The translations under genes were made by a program, and so were the position numbers. Of a stretch of DNA of 44,789 bases, positions 27,931 to 36,014 are shown piece by piece. The DNA lies in sequence record PZ379181.1. One strand, written 5' to 3'. The first letter of the stretch is position 1; every line of letters begins with the position of its first letter. The notes below the pieces were generated by a model that was not told the origin of the DNA, ran no database searches, and saw only the letters and a program-made list of their open reading frames with translations. The DNA comes from a phage.

Positions 27931-28139
27931 TCTTCGACCACCTTGTACTCGCCTTCTTCAAAACTAACCATCTGTCCTATTGATACTAACTCAGTATCAC
28001 GAATCGCTCGAGCTGATAAGCTACCACACCCGAACCGACCGGTTACTTCTAATACGTCACCAACCTTAAACCCGCATTCTTCAAGTGTCAGAACGCCTTC
28101 TTCTGGTATGTAGTTCACGTCGATAATTTTAATTTTCAT
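27927..28139 (-). CDS. hypothetical protein (70 aa)
   Basis: Start moved to ATG 28139 downstream of the operator module (track start 28193 is TTG inside the module). Confidence 0.45.
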   Translation of the reverse strand: MKIKIIDVNYIPEEGVLTLEECGFKVGDVLEVTGRFGCGSLSARAIRDTELVSIGQMVSFEEGEYKVVEE

Positions 28140-28198
28140 ATCTATACTCCATCTCGTTGTCGATGTGGTAATTATGCCGGATTTCTCCGGCAATTGTT

Positions 28199-28213
28199 TA
28201 GCAATTCATGCTA
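28199..28213 (-). promoter_or_regulatory. TAGCA-N5-TGCTA operator/promoter module (exemplar)
   Basis: In gene orientation: ATAGCATGAATTGCTAAAC, hairpin GCCGGAGAAATCCGGC, ATAATTA, CCACATCGACAACGAG, GGAG, ATG 28139. Confidence 0.55.
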
Positions 28214-28363
28214 TTCACCGATTTCATCACGAAGAACATAACACTCAACACCCCCTCCAAGAACGTCCAGCTGAGATTTTGCATCTTCGTAACACTCATA
28301 AGCCCGAATATGCTTAACGCTGTTGAATTTTCCCGTATAGTATGTGTGAACGTAATAAATCAT
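28211..28363 (-). CDS. hypothetical small protein (50 aa)
   Basis: Hand-translated; stop TAG inside operator; ATGA overlap upstream. Confidence 0.3.
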   Translation of the reverse strand: MIYYVHTYYTGKFNSVKHIRAYECYEDAKSQLDVLGGGVECYVLRDEIGE

Positions 28364-28593
28364 TTCTTTGTCGCCTTATCCCAGTTAGTGAGGTAGCCAG
28401 CATTCTGGATGCTTAGAGCTTCGTACTGGCGAGATGACTCGAAGTCTGATACGTCGAACTGCTGATTGTTGATTTGCGCGCTAGTCTCTTTTACGACACG
28501 CATCTGCTCAAAGGTGAGCGTAGAGTACATCGGCTTCATTATGATCGATTTAAGGATTGCTGCATCTTTCTCTGACAGGTTAATTGTAATCAT
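28360..28593 (-). CDS. hypothetical protein (77 aa)
   Basis: ATG start. Confidence 0.4.
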   Translation of the reverse strand: MITINLSEKDAAILKSIIMKPMYSTLTFEQMRVVKETSAQINNQQFDVSDFESSRQYEALSIQNAGYLTNWDKATKK

Positions 28594-28820
28594 TTCGTTT
28601 GTTCCAGGTAAGTTTTCATCTTGTTCAGTGAGTCTATTGCGTCATCAAGGTCAGTAATTACGTCCTTGTGGCCTCGCAAACCCATGCATAGAAGCTTTTT
28701 AATTGCATGCTGACACGCCGGGTCTGTAACGTTGAACGCTGATAGCGTGCGATACACATCAACAATAGCACGCTCGCCATTAAGCCCGATAATCTCTCTT
28801 TCATATTTGCTCCTTTCCAT
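28590..28820 (-). CDS. hypothetical protein (76 aa)
   Basis: Start at ATG 28820; operator module upstream. Confidence 0.4.
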   Translation of the reverse strand: MERSKYEREIIGLNGERAIVDVYRTLSAFNVTDPACQHAIKKLLCMGLRGHKDVITDLDDAIDSLNKMKTYLEQTK

Positions 28821-28880
28821 CACATCCTCTTTTGCTTTGCTTCAATAAGGCCACTATATCAAATGGCCTTGCGGAAGGTT

Positions 28881-28895
28881 TAGCAATTCGTGCTA
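28881..28895 (-). promoter_or_regulatory. TAGCA-N5-TGCTA operator/promoter module
   Basis: TAGCAattcgTGCTA; downstream GATATAGT -10-like and AAAGAGGATGTG leader. Confidence 0.5.
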
Positions 28896-28896
28896 T

Positions 28897-29082
28897 TCAA
28901 AACTTAACATCAATTATGACTTCAACCATCTCCTGCCCAAGCCGGTAGGAGTCGCCCCAAAGAAGTAGTCCCATAAACTCATCCTTACTAAAAGTGTTGG
29001 CATTTACAGTTCTAAGATAGCCACGATGGATAACAGTATCGCCAATCTTAACTTCGCTCTTATGTACCATTTTAGTTTTCAT
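28897..29082 (-). CDS. hypothetical protein (61 aa)
   Basis: ATG start. Confidence 0.4.
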   Translation of the reverse strand: MKTKMVHKSEVKIGDTVIHRGYLRTVNANTFSKDEFMGLLLWGDSYRLGQEMVEVIIDVKF

Positions 29083-29137
29083 GCTGTTTCTCCAGTTGTC
29101 TTATTGAGGCACCCCGCGAGATGCCTTGTAAGATAAC

Positions 29138-29326
29138 TCAGTAGCAGGTAGCCAGGAAGTCGGCGATACCTTTTGAGGTTGCTTCCGGCATACTACGTAC
29201 TGCAACATCGTAACCAGCCTCAACCTTTGCAATCGCTGACTCTTCGTTGTATCCGAACATTGTCAGGATGGTGATTACGTTTTCTTTATTCAGGACTTTA
29301 AGTTCTTTAGTGATGCGCTTAGCCAT
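29138..29326 (-). CDS. hypothetical protein (62 aa)
   Basis: Start moved to ATG 29326 after AAGGAAAACGAAA; longer track ORF begins inside the promoter hairpin. Confidence 0.4.
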   Translation of the reverse strand: MAKRITKELKVLNKENVITILTMFGYNEESAIAKVEAGYDVAVRSMPEATSKGIADFLATCY

Positions 29327-29391
29327 TTTCGTTTTCCTTTGTGCCTCTCGTTTCGATGAGATAATTATGCCATCCATGGCATTATTGCGTT

Positions 29392-29406
29392 AGGCAAAAA
29401 GTGCTA
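29392..29406 (-). promoter_or_regulatory. Operator/promoter module (degenerate half AGGCA)
   Basis: AGGCAaaaagTGCTA followed by hairpin ATGCCATGGATGGCAT, ATAATTAT, CTCATCGAAACGAGAGG. Confidence 0.45.
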
Positions 29407-29514
29407 TTTCCATTCAGTAGTAATTTAGCTTTCCGATATAAATCCATAGCCACCCCAACCTCATCCTCATCCTCACTGTACCGCGGATGGTATGGTAGTA
29501 GACTACCATACCCA

Positions 29515-30036
29515 CTATTTAGTCTCCTTAATCATTTCTTGGTATGCGTTAATCATTGATACTGCACCCTTAAGTTCATCACCTTCAAGACCAGCGACGC
29601 TTGGTGATAGTTTCAACAATCGAGCCTTGAACCTTTCAATGGTAGCCCCCTCCTTCTCTTGCTCTGCTTTGCTTCTTGAGCCGGATTTTACAGCGCCAGG
29701 AACCAGGCTAAGTGATGCGCAGTATGTCTCACTCTCGCCCTCAAAGTCGGTAAAACTAAGTGAGAACCTTGAGCGCACGTCAGCCGCCTTAATCTCAGGC
29801 ATTCGGCTTACGGTGTTTGAAACGTATGACGCTTTTAGTTTTGGCATGTGGTATTCACCACCAGGTAGAAACTCCTCACCACTTAGCGATACGAACGTCT
29901 CACGACTCATGCCGAAGTATTGACGAGCAATCATGGTCACAGGGACTGTGCACACTTTGTCTTCTGACTTGAGCGCCTGACTCGCCATGTATCGAATGAT
30001 TTCACCCAAACTTACTGCTTCTTTATGTTCTGACAT
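29515..30036 (-). CDS. hypothetical protein (173 aa), first gene of early minus-strand operon
   Basis: ATG start; TATATTCATGA...CATCTTAACGAAGAG leader upstream. Confidence 0.5.
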   Translation of the reverse strand: MSEHKEAVSLGEIIRYMASQALKSEDKVCTVPVTMIARQYFGMSRETFVSLSGEEFLPGGEYHMPKLKASYVSNTVSRMPEIKAADVRSRFSLSFTDFEGESETYCASLSLVPGAVKSGSRSKAEQEKEGATIERFKARLLKLSPSVAGLEGDELKGAVSMINAYQEMIKETK

Positions 30037-30295
30037 ATTCGTTACTCCTGATTGGTTGCTCTTCGTTAAGATGAAACCATGGTATCATGAATATACGCGT
30101 TATCAAGTGTTATGTTGTGTTTATATCTGCATTGGTTACGCTTTTTGACCTCTCAGCCCAGCTATAGCTGGTGTAATTACCCTGTGTAAGATTTTACGCG
30201 GATTCGCCGGGGGTATGCATATGTATCTATATAGATAAAATTAGTAGTTTTCATAGAAAAACTATCGACCCATCCATACGACCAATCTACACCAT

Positions 30296-30373
30296 ATACA
30301 TACATATATATAATAATAATAATAATATAGTAAAAGGTTGATATATATAGATATTATTATGTAACCATTGCGT
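30296..30373. repeat. AT-rich block with (ATA)n tract, copy B
   Basis: About 85 percent identical to 2511-2590. Confidence 0.8.
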
Positions 30374-30521
30374 AATCTAGCGTGGTAGGCGTGTATGATT
30401 CTTCGGAAGCGCACCTCATATACACACCATAACTTCGATAACGTGTATATCCAAATTGGCTCAGCAAGAATCAAAATCAACTTGTATGGTAGTCCATCCA
30501 CCATTCATTCACCCCACATCG

Positions 30522-30622
30522 ATCATTGCAAATTCTGCAACAATCAAAAACATCATTGCATTCGATGCAATATTGCTATATGTGCAATAATGAGATGAAT
30601 CATTGCAATAGCTGCAACAATC
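30522..30622. repeat. Iteron-like cluster of seven TGCAA/CATTGCA sites
   Basis: ATCATTGCA x3 and TGCAA(C/T)AAT(C/G) x4 within 100 bp, both orientations. Confidence 0.6.
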
Positions 30623-30637
30623 TATAAATCCAACGAA

Positions 30638-30652
30638 TAGCACTTTTTGCTA
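30638..30652 (+). promoter_or_regulatory. TAGCA-N5-TGCTA operator/promoter module (plus-strand operon)
   Basis: TAGCActtttTGCTA followed by TATGTATTCATCGAAACGG. Confidence 0.5.
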
Positions 30653-30883
30653 ATGCACAATCATTAGTAAGTTGCTACTATGTATTCATCGAAACGGTGC
30701 TGGACTCTGAGTCACTTCCGAAAGGAACCAAAAGAGTGAACGACACCGCGCAATGTGAGGAAGCGTTACCTTACCCACCAAAGCGCCTTGCGGGTCCTTT
30801 TGATAGGATGCCGGGCCGGGTTTAAAATCCCGAGTTGTAGTGAGTACGTTGAAGAGATTTCGATAACAAGAAAACATAGAGAG

Positions 30884-31054
30884 ATGACAGTGATGACAGA
30901 AAAAACAGTTGGTTACAGTTACAGTAATGGTCATTGGGTTGTTGAGTTAAAAGGGTTTCACAAGTACCCAAAATTAAGTTTCTTCATGACAGAAGATGAT
31001 GCAAAGTCTTGGGTTCAGGTTCTTAAAGAAAGGTGGTTTAAAAATGAAACTTAA
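30884..31054 (+). CDS. hypothetical protein (56 aa); start uncertain
   Basis: Frame is open from 30755 but first ATG with upstream GAGAG is 30884/30893. Confidence 0.35.
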   Translation: MTVMTEKTVGYSYSNGHWVVELKGFHKYPKLSFFMTEDDAKSWVQVLKERWFKNET

Positions 31055-31229
31055 AGACGAAGCATTTGAGCAATTAAAGCAGGAATGTGCGCTGACTGGA
31101 TTGAACAGTGACTATACTGATATGGTTTTACGCGGACGCATCGATATCGACCTTGCTAAGCAATTCCAGTCAGATGATGAATATCTGTGCTGCGATGGCC
31201 TTGGCTGCGACGAATGTTTACCCTGGTAA
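31044..31229 (+). CDS. hypothetical protein (61 aa), Cys-rich C-terminus
   Basis: ATG 31044; CCDGLGCDEC motif. Confidence 0.4.
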   Translation: MKLKDEAFEQLKQECALTGLNSDYTDMVLRGRIDIDLAKQFQSDDEYLCCDGLGCDECLPW

Positions 31230-31240
31230 GGAGCCGAATA

Positions 31241-31432
31241 ATGAAAGTTAAGTGCTTAAATAATCTTAATGATGGAACCTGGGAATTCAGTAGTGGAAAG
31301 CATTACAGTTATGATGAAATTTATGGTTACGTAGTTGGTGATAACTTCAAGCCAGTTTACTGCTACATTGAAAATGGCCTTGTTATTGCCGCTGTTAAGC
31401 GTCGATTGATTTTTGAAATTTTAGAGGATTAA
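31241..31432 (+). CDS. hypothetical protein (63 aa)
   Basis: ATG 31241 with GGAG RBS. Confidence 0.4.
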   Translation: MKVKCLNNLNDGTWEFSSGKHYSYDEIYGYVVGDNFKPVYCYIENGLVIAAVKRRLIFEILED

Positions 31433-31433
31433 C

Positions 31434-31637
31434 ATGAAACTTCTTTGCACTAACATAATTAAAGACTTTAACGACGCCTTCAATAAGGGCTCTGAATACA
31501 ACGCTACCGAGTTTAAAGATGATATGTGCCTTGTTACCGGCGAACGTCCACACAAGCATCACGACACGTTCCAGGCGCTTAAATGCCTTGATTACGTAAT
31601 CATCCACGGCATCGCAACTTTTAAGGTGATTGAATAA
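31434..31637 (+). CDS. hypothetical protein (67 aa)
   Basis: ATG start, compact spacing. Confidence 0.4.
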   Translation: MKLLCTNIIKDFNDAFNKGSEYNATEFKDDMCLVTGERPHKHHDTFQALKCLDYVIIHGIATFKVIE

Positions 31638-31801
31638 TGCTTTTACCATCTGATATAAACTATTTCGATCTGGAAATAATTAGTGCTTACAGCGGAAAGG
31701 GTTGGCCTTGCGGGGACTGGTTTAACGAGGACCTGCTTGAGTCTCACGAGATTATGTTGAAGGCAATTGAGAAGGCCAGAAAAAATAGCACTAATTGCTA
31801 A
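31637..31801 (+). CDS. hypothetical small protein (54 aa)
   Basis: Hand-translated; TAATG overlap upstream; stop TAA inside operator motif. Confidence 0.3.
   Translation: MLLPSDINYFDLEIISAYSGKGWPCGDWFNEDLLESHEIMLKAIEKARKNSTNC
31786..31800 (+). promoter_or_regulatory. TAGCA-N5-TGCTA operator/promoter module
   Basis: TAGCActaatTGCTA followed by GTATATTTACTCCATCGAAACGAAAGAGAG and ATG 31861. Confidence 0.5.
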
Positions 31802-31860
31802 AACTCACCGCCACGGATGGCGTATATTTACTCCATCGAAACGAAAGAGAGCAAGAGATC

Positions 31861-31980
31861 ATGTTCGACAACTTTTATGACGAGATGGAAGAGGCGGTTT
31901 TCATGGCGTCGCTAGATGGTAAGATTTACGGTTTAGTTCAGAAGTTTGATAAGATTGTTGTGCGTATTGTGCGCAAATAA
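31861..31980 (+). CDS. hypothetical small protein (39 aa)
   Basis: First ATG after module. Confidence 0.3.
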   Translation: MFDNFYDEMEEAVFMASLDGKIYGLVQKFDKIVVRIVRK

Positions 31981-32021
31981 GTACCAAACAAATTCATGTG
32001 GAAAACTAAGAGATTAAAATA

Positions 32022-32411
32022 ATGACTACTACGATAACCAAAAATTTCATTAGCAACGACAACAAGCTATTTAAAGCTCGCGTTAAAAAGATTCACCAGT
32101 GGGTTAACGGTGTCGCTGAGGAAGTTGAATTTGAGCAAATCAAAAAAGACGGCAAATGGATCAACCTGGAAGAACGTGGAAAATACATTAAAACCAAAAC
32201 TCTTTACTGCACAAAGGTTAACCATAAGTCTGGCGTTAAGAAAGACTTCAAAGAAGGTAAGCGATACCAGGTCAACATGCATAGCGGACTTGGTCAGTCA
32301 GCTGGATACATTTACGATGAAGATGGCAACGCCTGGCAGCTATATCGCAGCGAAGATGTTGGCTTTTATACGTTGTGTGAAACTTACCACTTTGAGGCTC
32401 AATACAAATGA
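32022..32411 (+). CDS. hypothetical protein (129 aa)
   Basis: ATG start. Confidence 0.45.
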   Translation: MTTTITKNFISNDNKLFKARVKKIHQWVNGVAEEVEFEQIKKDGKWINLEERGKYIKTKTLYCTKVNHKSGVKKDFKEGKRYQVNMHSGLGQSAGYIYDEDGNAWQLYRSEDVGFYTLCETYHFEAQYK

Positions 32412-32578
32412 AATTATACATTGTAAGTGGTTGCACACACTATGATGGAAGCGAAGTGATTGCCGCTTTCGATGAAGAATTCAAAGCACAGGAGTTTAAA
32501 TATAACAAAGAAATATCTTCAGAAAATCACTTTGACTACTACAAGATAGATTGCATCTTACTAAATAGCACTAATTGA
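32408..32578 (+). CDS. hypothetical small protein (56 aa)
   Basis: ATGA overlap upstream; stop inside operator motif. Confidence 0.3.
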   Translation: MKLYIVSGCTHYDGSEVIAAFDEEFKAQEFKYNKEISSENHFDYYKIDCILLNSTN

Positions 32579-32580
32579 TA
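32566..32580 (+). promoter_or_regulatory. Operator/promoter module (degenerate right half TGATA)
   Basis: TAGCActaatTGATA, then TATAAT at +23 and GCGGAGAGAAG before ATG 32639. Confidence 0.45.
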
Positions 32581-32638
32581 ATGCATTATAAGCGGCTATT
32601 GATATAATGGCCGCTCAGAAACAATGCGGAGAGAAGTA

Positions 32639-34222
32639 ATGTTTGATTTCAATGAAGATAAACTATCTGTTGAGCAAGTTATGGCGATCGCTGCCAATGA
32701 CAACCTACCACCGCTTCGCGTGGCTATTAATGCCAATGGCTATCGACAGTCTCAATCGTTCTGGAAAGCACCTGTCGAGATTGATACAGGTAATGATAAG
32801 TATCCAGTAATCTCACTCGGTAATGATATTGATGTTGTTGGTAAGCTATCGGCTAATATCGCTCGCTCGGTTCAGTTCCCTGAGTCGTCAGCTTACATGC
32901 ACTTTCTTGGTTGTGTTTCTGCTGCAATGCTTGGGCGTTTTACTGTCGAGTATCATGGAACCCAACAGCCAACATCTTTGTACGTGGTAACAAGTCAGCC
33001 GCCTTCAACTGGTAAATCAGCCATTAACTCGCTATCAATTGCGCCGATGATTGCTGAGACTGAGCGGTTGAATGAAGTACGTAAACGTGATCGAAAAAAG
33101 ATTATGGCTAAACTGTCCGCTCTGGCTAAAGAGATGAAGCAGGAGAAATCACCTTCTGAAATGGCTTCACTTTTTGAGGAGAAGGAGGATTTAGAGGAGA
33201 AGCTCGAGAAGCTATGCGATATAGTATTCCCTGTCTCCGATACTACTCCGGAAGGTCTTGCGCGAATCAACAATCGCCAGGGTAATTTTGCGGTAATCTC
33301 TGATGAGGCTACTAGCGTCAACTCACTGTTAGGCATGACTTACGGTGATGGCTCGAAGAAAACGAACAGCGAGCTCGTGCTGAAAGCATGGGATGCAGGT
33401 AATGTGTCAATTGCCCGTGCGAACGCAGAAAATAACATGAGCTTTGTGGCTATGGGATGCATCTCCGTAATTGCTCAGGATGAAACAATCAATGCCATTA
33501 TGAATGCTGGTGCGCGTGGTATTGGTGTATCTGAGCGTTTCCTTCTGGTGCGTGAAAAATCATTTCTTGGCGACCGTGTATTTGTTGATGAAAATGGTGA
33601 TTCAACCTATGAGGCTATTGATGGCGGCCTGAAAGCAGACTATTTCCGTCTTGTTCATGAGATTATGAATGAAGTTGAAGTGAAACTTACTGTAAGCGCG
33701 TCATCAATGCGTTACCTTAACCGCGCTCGTCAAGAGATGGAGCCTCATCTTGGTGATGGTGGCAAGTATTCTCACACAATGTTGCGCGGTGCTCTTGGTA
33801 AGTTTGATAAGCAAGCAATCCGCATCGCTTCTGTTCTGCACGTAATTCGTAACTGGTTCTCACCAGCCGGATCCAGCCCTCAAAAGTCAAGAGAGATTGA
33901 ACTGGATACAATGCAGGAAGCGGTTATGATTTTCAACGAACTAAGCAAGACTTATTTATCATCCGCTAGTGCTGCTGGTCATGCTGGTGACAATGCCGAG
34001 ATGAACAAGCTGGTTGATATCCTGATTAAGCAGGGCAAGAATGGTAAAGGTGTTGTTGGTGTTCGCTCGTTGTATGAGGCTGCACGCAAGGTTAAACCTT
34101 TTGAAGCTCAGGCTGGAATTATGACTCGCATTAAGGACCACTTGATTCCTATGCTTGATGAGAAAAACTACACATGCCTGATTGGTGATAAAATTTACAT
34201 TAATCCACGATTGCTGGGGTAA
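32639..34222 (+). CDS. Putative replication-associated P-loop protein
   Basis: Start at ATG 32639; 527 aa; Walker-A-like SQPPSTGKS; sits in replication region. Confidence 0.4.
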   Translation: MFDFNEDKLSVEQVMAIAANDNLPPLRVAINANGYRQSQSFWKAPVEIDTGNDKYPVISLGNDIDVVGKLSANIARSVQFPESSAYMHFLGCVSAAMLGRFTVEYHGTQQPTSLYVVTSQPPSTGKSAINSLSIAPMIAETERLNEVRKRDRKKIMAKLSALAKEMKQEKSPSEMASLFEEKEDLEEKLEKLCDIVFPVSDTTPEGLARINNRQGNFAVISDEATSVNSLLGMTYGDGSKKTNSELVLKAWDAGNVSIARANAENNMSFVAMGCISVIAQDETINAIMNAGARGIGVSERFLLVREKSFLGDRVFVDENGDSTYEAIDGGLKADYFRLVHEIMNEVEVKLTVSASSMRYLNRARQEMEPHLGDGGKYSHTMLRGALGKFDKQAIRIASVLHVIRNWFSPAGSSPQKSREIELDTMQEAVMIFNELSKTYLSSASAAGHAGDNAEMNKLVDILIKQGKNGKGVVGVRSLYEAARKVKPFEAQAGIMTRIKDHLIPMLDEKNYTCLIGDKIYINPRLLG

Positions 34223-34225
34223 TTT

Positions 34226-34561
34226 ATGTACCTGCTCGACCTGTATAATTTCTGCGAAGGATACAAGAACTTCAACCGCCAGCACCTGGCAAGATTCATC
34301 TATAAGCACAAGGATTGCGCAAGGATGGCCAAGGCTGCCGGGGTTGATGAAAGGTATTTTGCCTCAAGTTGCTCGAAGGAGTTTATGGCGAGAATGCTTA
34401 CGGCTGGGTATCTTGATGGAGTTAATGGAGTGTACTGGTGTAAGGGTTCAATTAAGCGACCATTTCAGTTTGAATTCATGAGCCTTGAAGGTAGGTCCAG
34501 TGATTACGTCAGTGAGATGATGAACATAGCCAACATGAGTGATGACGAATTGTTTGCATAA
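34226..34561 (+). CDS. hypothetical protein (111 aa)
   Basis: ATG start; terminator downstream. Confidence 0.45.
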   Translation: MYLLDLYNFCEGYKNFNRQHLARFIYKHKDCARMAKAAGVDERYFASSCSKEFMARMLTAGYLDGVNGVYWCKGSIKRPFQFEFMSLEGRSSDYVSEMMNIANMSDDELFA

Positions 34562-34564
34562 AAA

Positions 34565-34590
34565 TAGCCCCATTACGGGGCTTTTTTGTT
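34565..34590. terminator. Bidirectional rho-independent terminator
   Basis: AGCCCCATTACGGGGCT hairpin with T6 on plus strand and A/T run on the other side; overlaps last spanin codons. Confidence 0.7.
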
Positions 34591-34959
34591 TTTCCTGAAT
34601 ATCATTAAGAGCAGAATGATGATGACGCAAAACATGATTCCACTCCCAATCCACGGGATTGCAGACGAATCATTGTTGGTGATTTCAATCTTCTCAGCCG
34701 TGATTGTTGATGCCTTGATTGAGTTATCAGAAGTCTTTTTACCGCTTGAACTATCAAGAGTGTCAACCTTAGAGTTCTTCACTTCAGCCTTTGCGCTGGA
34801 ACTTGAATCAACCTTATTAGTTATCCCCACTCCAACCTTGTTATTCTCCGCACCTGCTTGAGCGCTAATCTCTGGCCTACTACCAATCAACCCGGTCAGC
34901 GCAGATGTTGCCGAGCAACCAGAAAGTATAATTACCGCAGCAATTAACGCAGCCTTCAT
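34573..34959 (-). CDS. Unimolecular spanin (outer-membrane lipoprotein with C-terminal TMD)
   Basis: 128 aa; lipobox LSGC near N-terminus, C-terminal hydrophobic IPWIGSGIMFCVIIILLLMIF then RKNKK; same architecture as T1 gp11. Confidence 0.7.
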   Translation of the reverse strand: MKAALIAAVIILSGCSATSALTGLIGSRPEISAQAGAENNKVGVGITNKVDSSSSAKAEVKNSKVDTLDSSSGKKTSDNSIKASTITAEKIEITNNDSSAIPWIGSGIMFCVIIILLLMIFRKNKKAP

Positions 34960-35441
34960 TTACCCACCCCACTTAAGCATAATTTAATCTCCTCGTTGCG
35001 CCTGTTGACGAGGCCTTTAACAACTTTTAGCTTGCCATTTACTCGAGCTTTATTCCAGGAGGCGAGAGCATTACAACCCTCTTCAATCTTGCCCTGATTA
35101 ATCAGCCTTACTGCCGTTGACTTCCTCATTGCAGCGCCACCAACGTTGTAGCTAAAGCTGATTAACGCCGCCCTTGTCTGTGGAGAGATTGGGTAAGTTA
35201 CTGCATCCTGCACATACTTTCCATGAATCTGGATGTGTTTCTCCAGTAAGTTCCTGCACTCCCTTGCACTGTACTTTTTACCCCACACCACATCAGGACC
35301 AGTGATACCTGAACAAACCGTAGGAATGCCTGCAATGTCCATGTAAGGCTTGTATTCCACACCTTCTACTAGCTCAATAATCGGCGCTGCGATGTATATT
35401 GCCACAGCCGTCGCTGCACTAATTACCAGCTTCTGCTTCAT
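34956..35441 (-). CDS. Endolysin (GH24 lysozyme, possible SAR signal-anchor)
   Basis: 161 aa; E-x8-D-x5-T catalytic spacing (ELVEG...YMDIAG...PTVCSGIT) like T4 lysozyme; N-terminal Ala-rich hydrophobic segment. Confidence 0.75.
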   Translation of the reverse strand: MKQKLVISAATAVAIYIAAPIIELVEGVEYKPYMDIAGIPTVCSGITGPDVVWGKKYSARECRNLLEKHIQIHGKYVQDAVTYPISPQTRAALISFSYNVGGAAMRKSTAVRLINQGKIEEGCNALASWNKARVNGKLKVVKGLVNRRNEEIKLCLSGVGK

Positions 35442-35656
35442 TACTTACTCCTAATATTGATAGCTGTCTTTAAATCACCCGACTCTAGAGCCTTCCTGAT
35501 TGCCTGACTGTCCTTAAACTTCCAATATGCTCCCCACAGCCCGAAAACAACAAGAGCCACAAGGCTGATTATTGCTATAGTCATTTGACCAGTTGCGGCA
35601 CCAGTTACAGCGGCTCCGCCGGTTGATGCCGTGGCGGCGTTAATTACTTCCCTCAT
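35441..35656 (-). CDS. Holin
   Basis: Start at ATG 35656 with AAAGGTG RBS (longer form from 35704 possible); single TMD MTIAIISLVALVVFGLWGAYW; immediately upstream of endolysin. Confidence 0.6.
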   Translation of the reverse strand: MREVINAATASTGGAAVTGAATGQMTIAIISLVALVVFGLWGAYWKFKDSQAIRKALESGDLKTAINIRSK

Positions 35657-35730
35657 GTGATCACCTTTAAATCCTAATTTGTCAATACATAGTGCAAATA
35701 TCATACATTAGGCGGTGGCAAATTATAAGC

Positions 35731-35758
35731 AAAAAAGGGGAGCCAAAAGGCCCCCCGC
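35731..35758 (-). terminator. Hairpin plus T-run upstream of lysis cassette
   Basis: GGGGGGCCTTTTGGCTCCCC then TTTTTT on minus strand. Confidence 0.55.
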
Positions 35759-35782
35759 ATGCAAATCTATGTTTTTGATGTG

Positions 35783-35956
35783 TTAATCTGCGATAATAAA
35801 TTCCACCAAAGAGCCATCAATCGGCGCAAGGATGTGAGTCATATCGTCACCGTAAACTTTGTAGTAACCGTCACCTAGAGACTCTGCGCTGTACGGCTGG
35901 TTTTCGGTGAACGGCAGTGTCTTTGAGTTGTTTTTAACGCAGTATAATTTAGTCAT
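35783..35956 (-). CDS. hypothetical small protein (57 aa)
   Basis: Hand-translated; operator module and GAGGA RBS upstream. Confidence 0.35.
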   Translation of the reverse strand: MTKLYCVKNNSKTLPFTENQPYSAESLGDGYYKVYGDDMTHILAPIDGSLVEFIIAD

Positions 35957-36014
35957 TTTTGAATCCTCTGTTGTTTTCGATGTAGTAATTATGCCGGATT
36001 ACTCCGGCGATTGT

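Noticed and set aside
29476-29500. Perfect 11-bp-stem palindrome GGTATGGTAGT...ACTACCATACC after gene 29515-30036
   Set aside because: Not followed by a U-run on the transcribed strand, so not called as a terminator; function unknown.
30755-30883. Start of first plus-strand gene at ATG 30755 (99-aa form)
   Set aside because: No RBS and lies inside the GC-rich leader; ATG 30884/30893 preferred, but not excluded.
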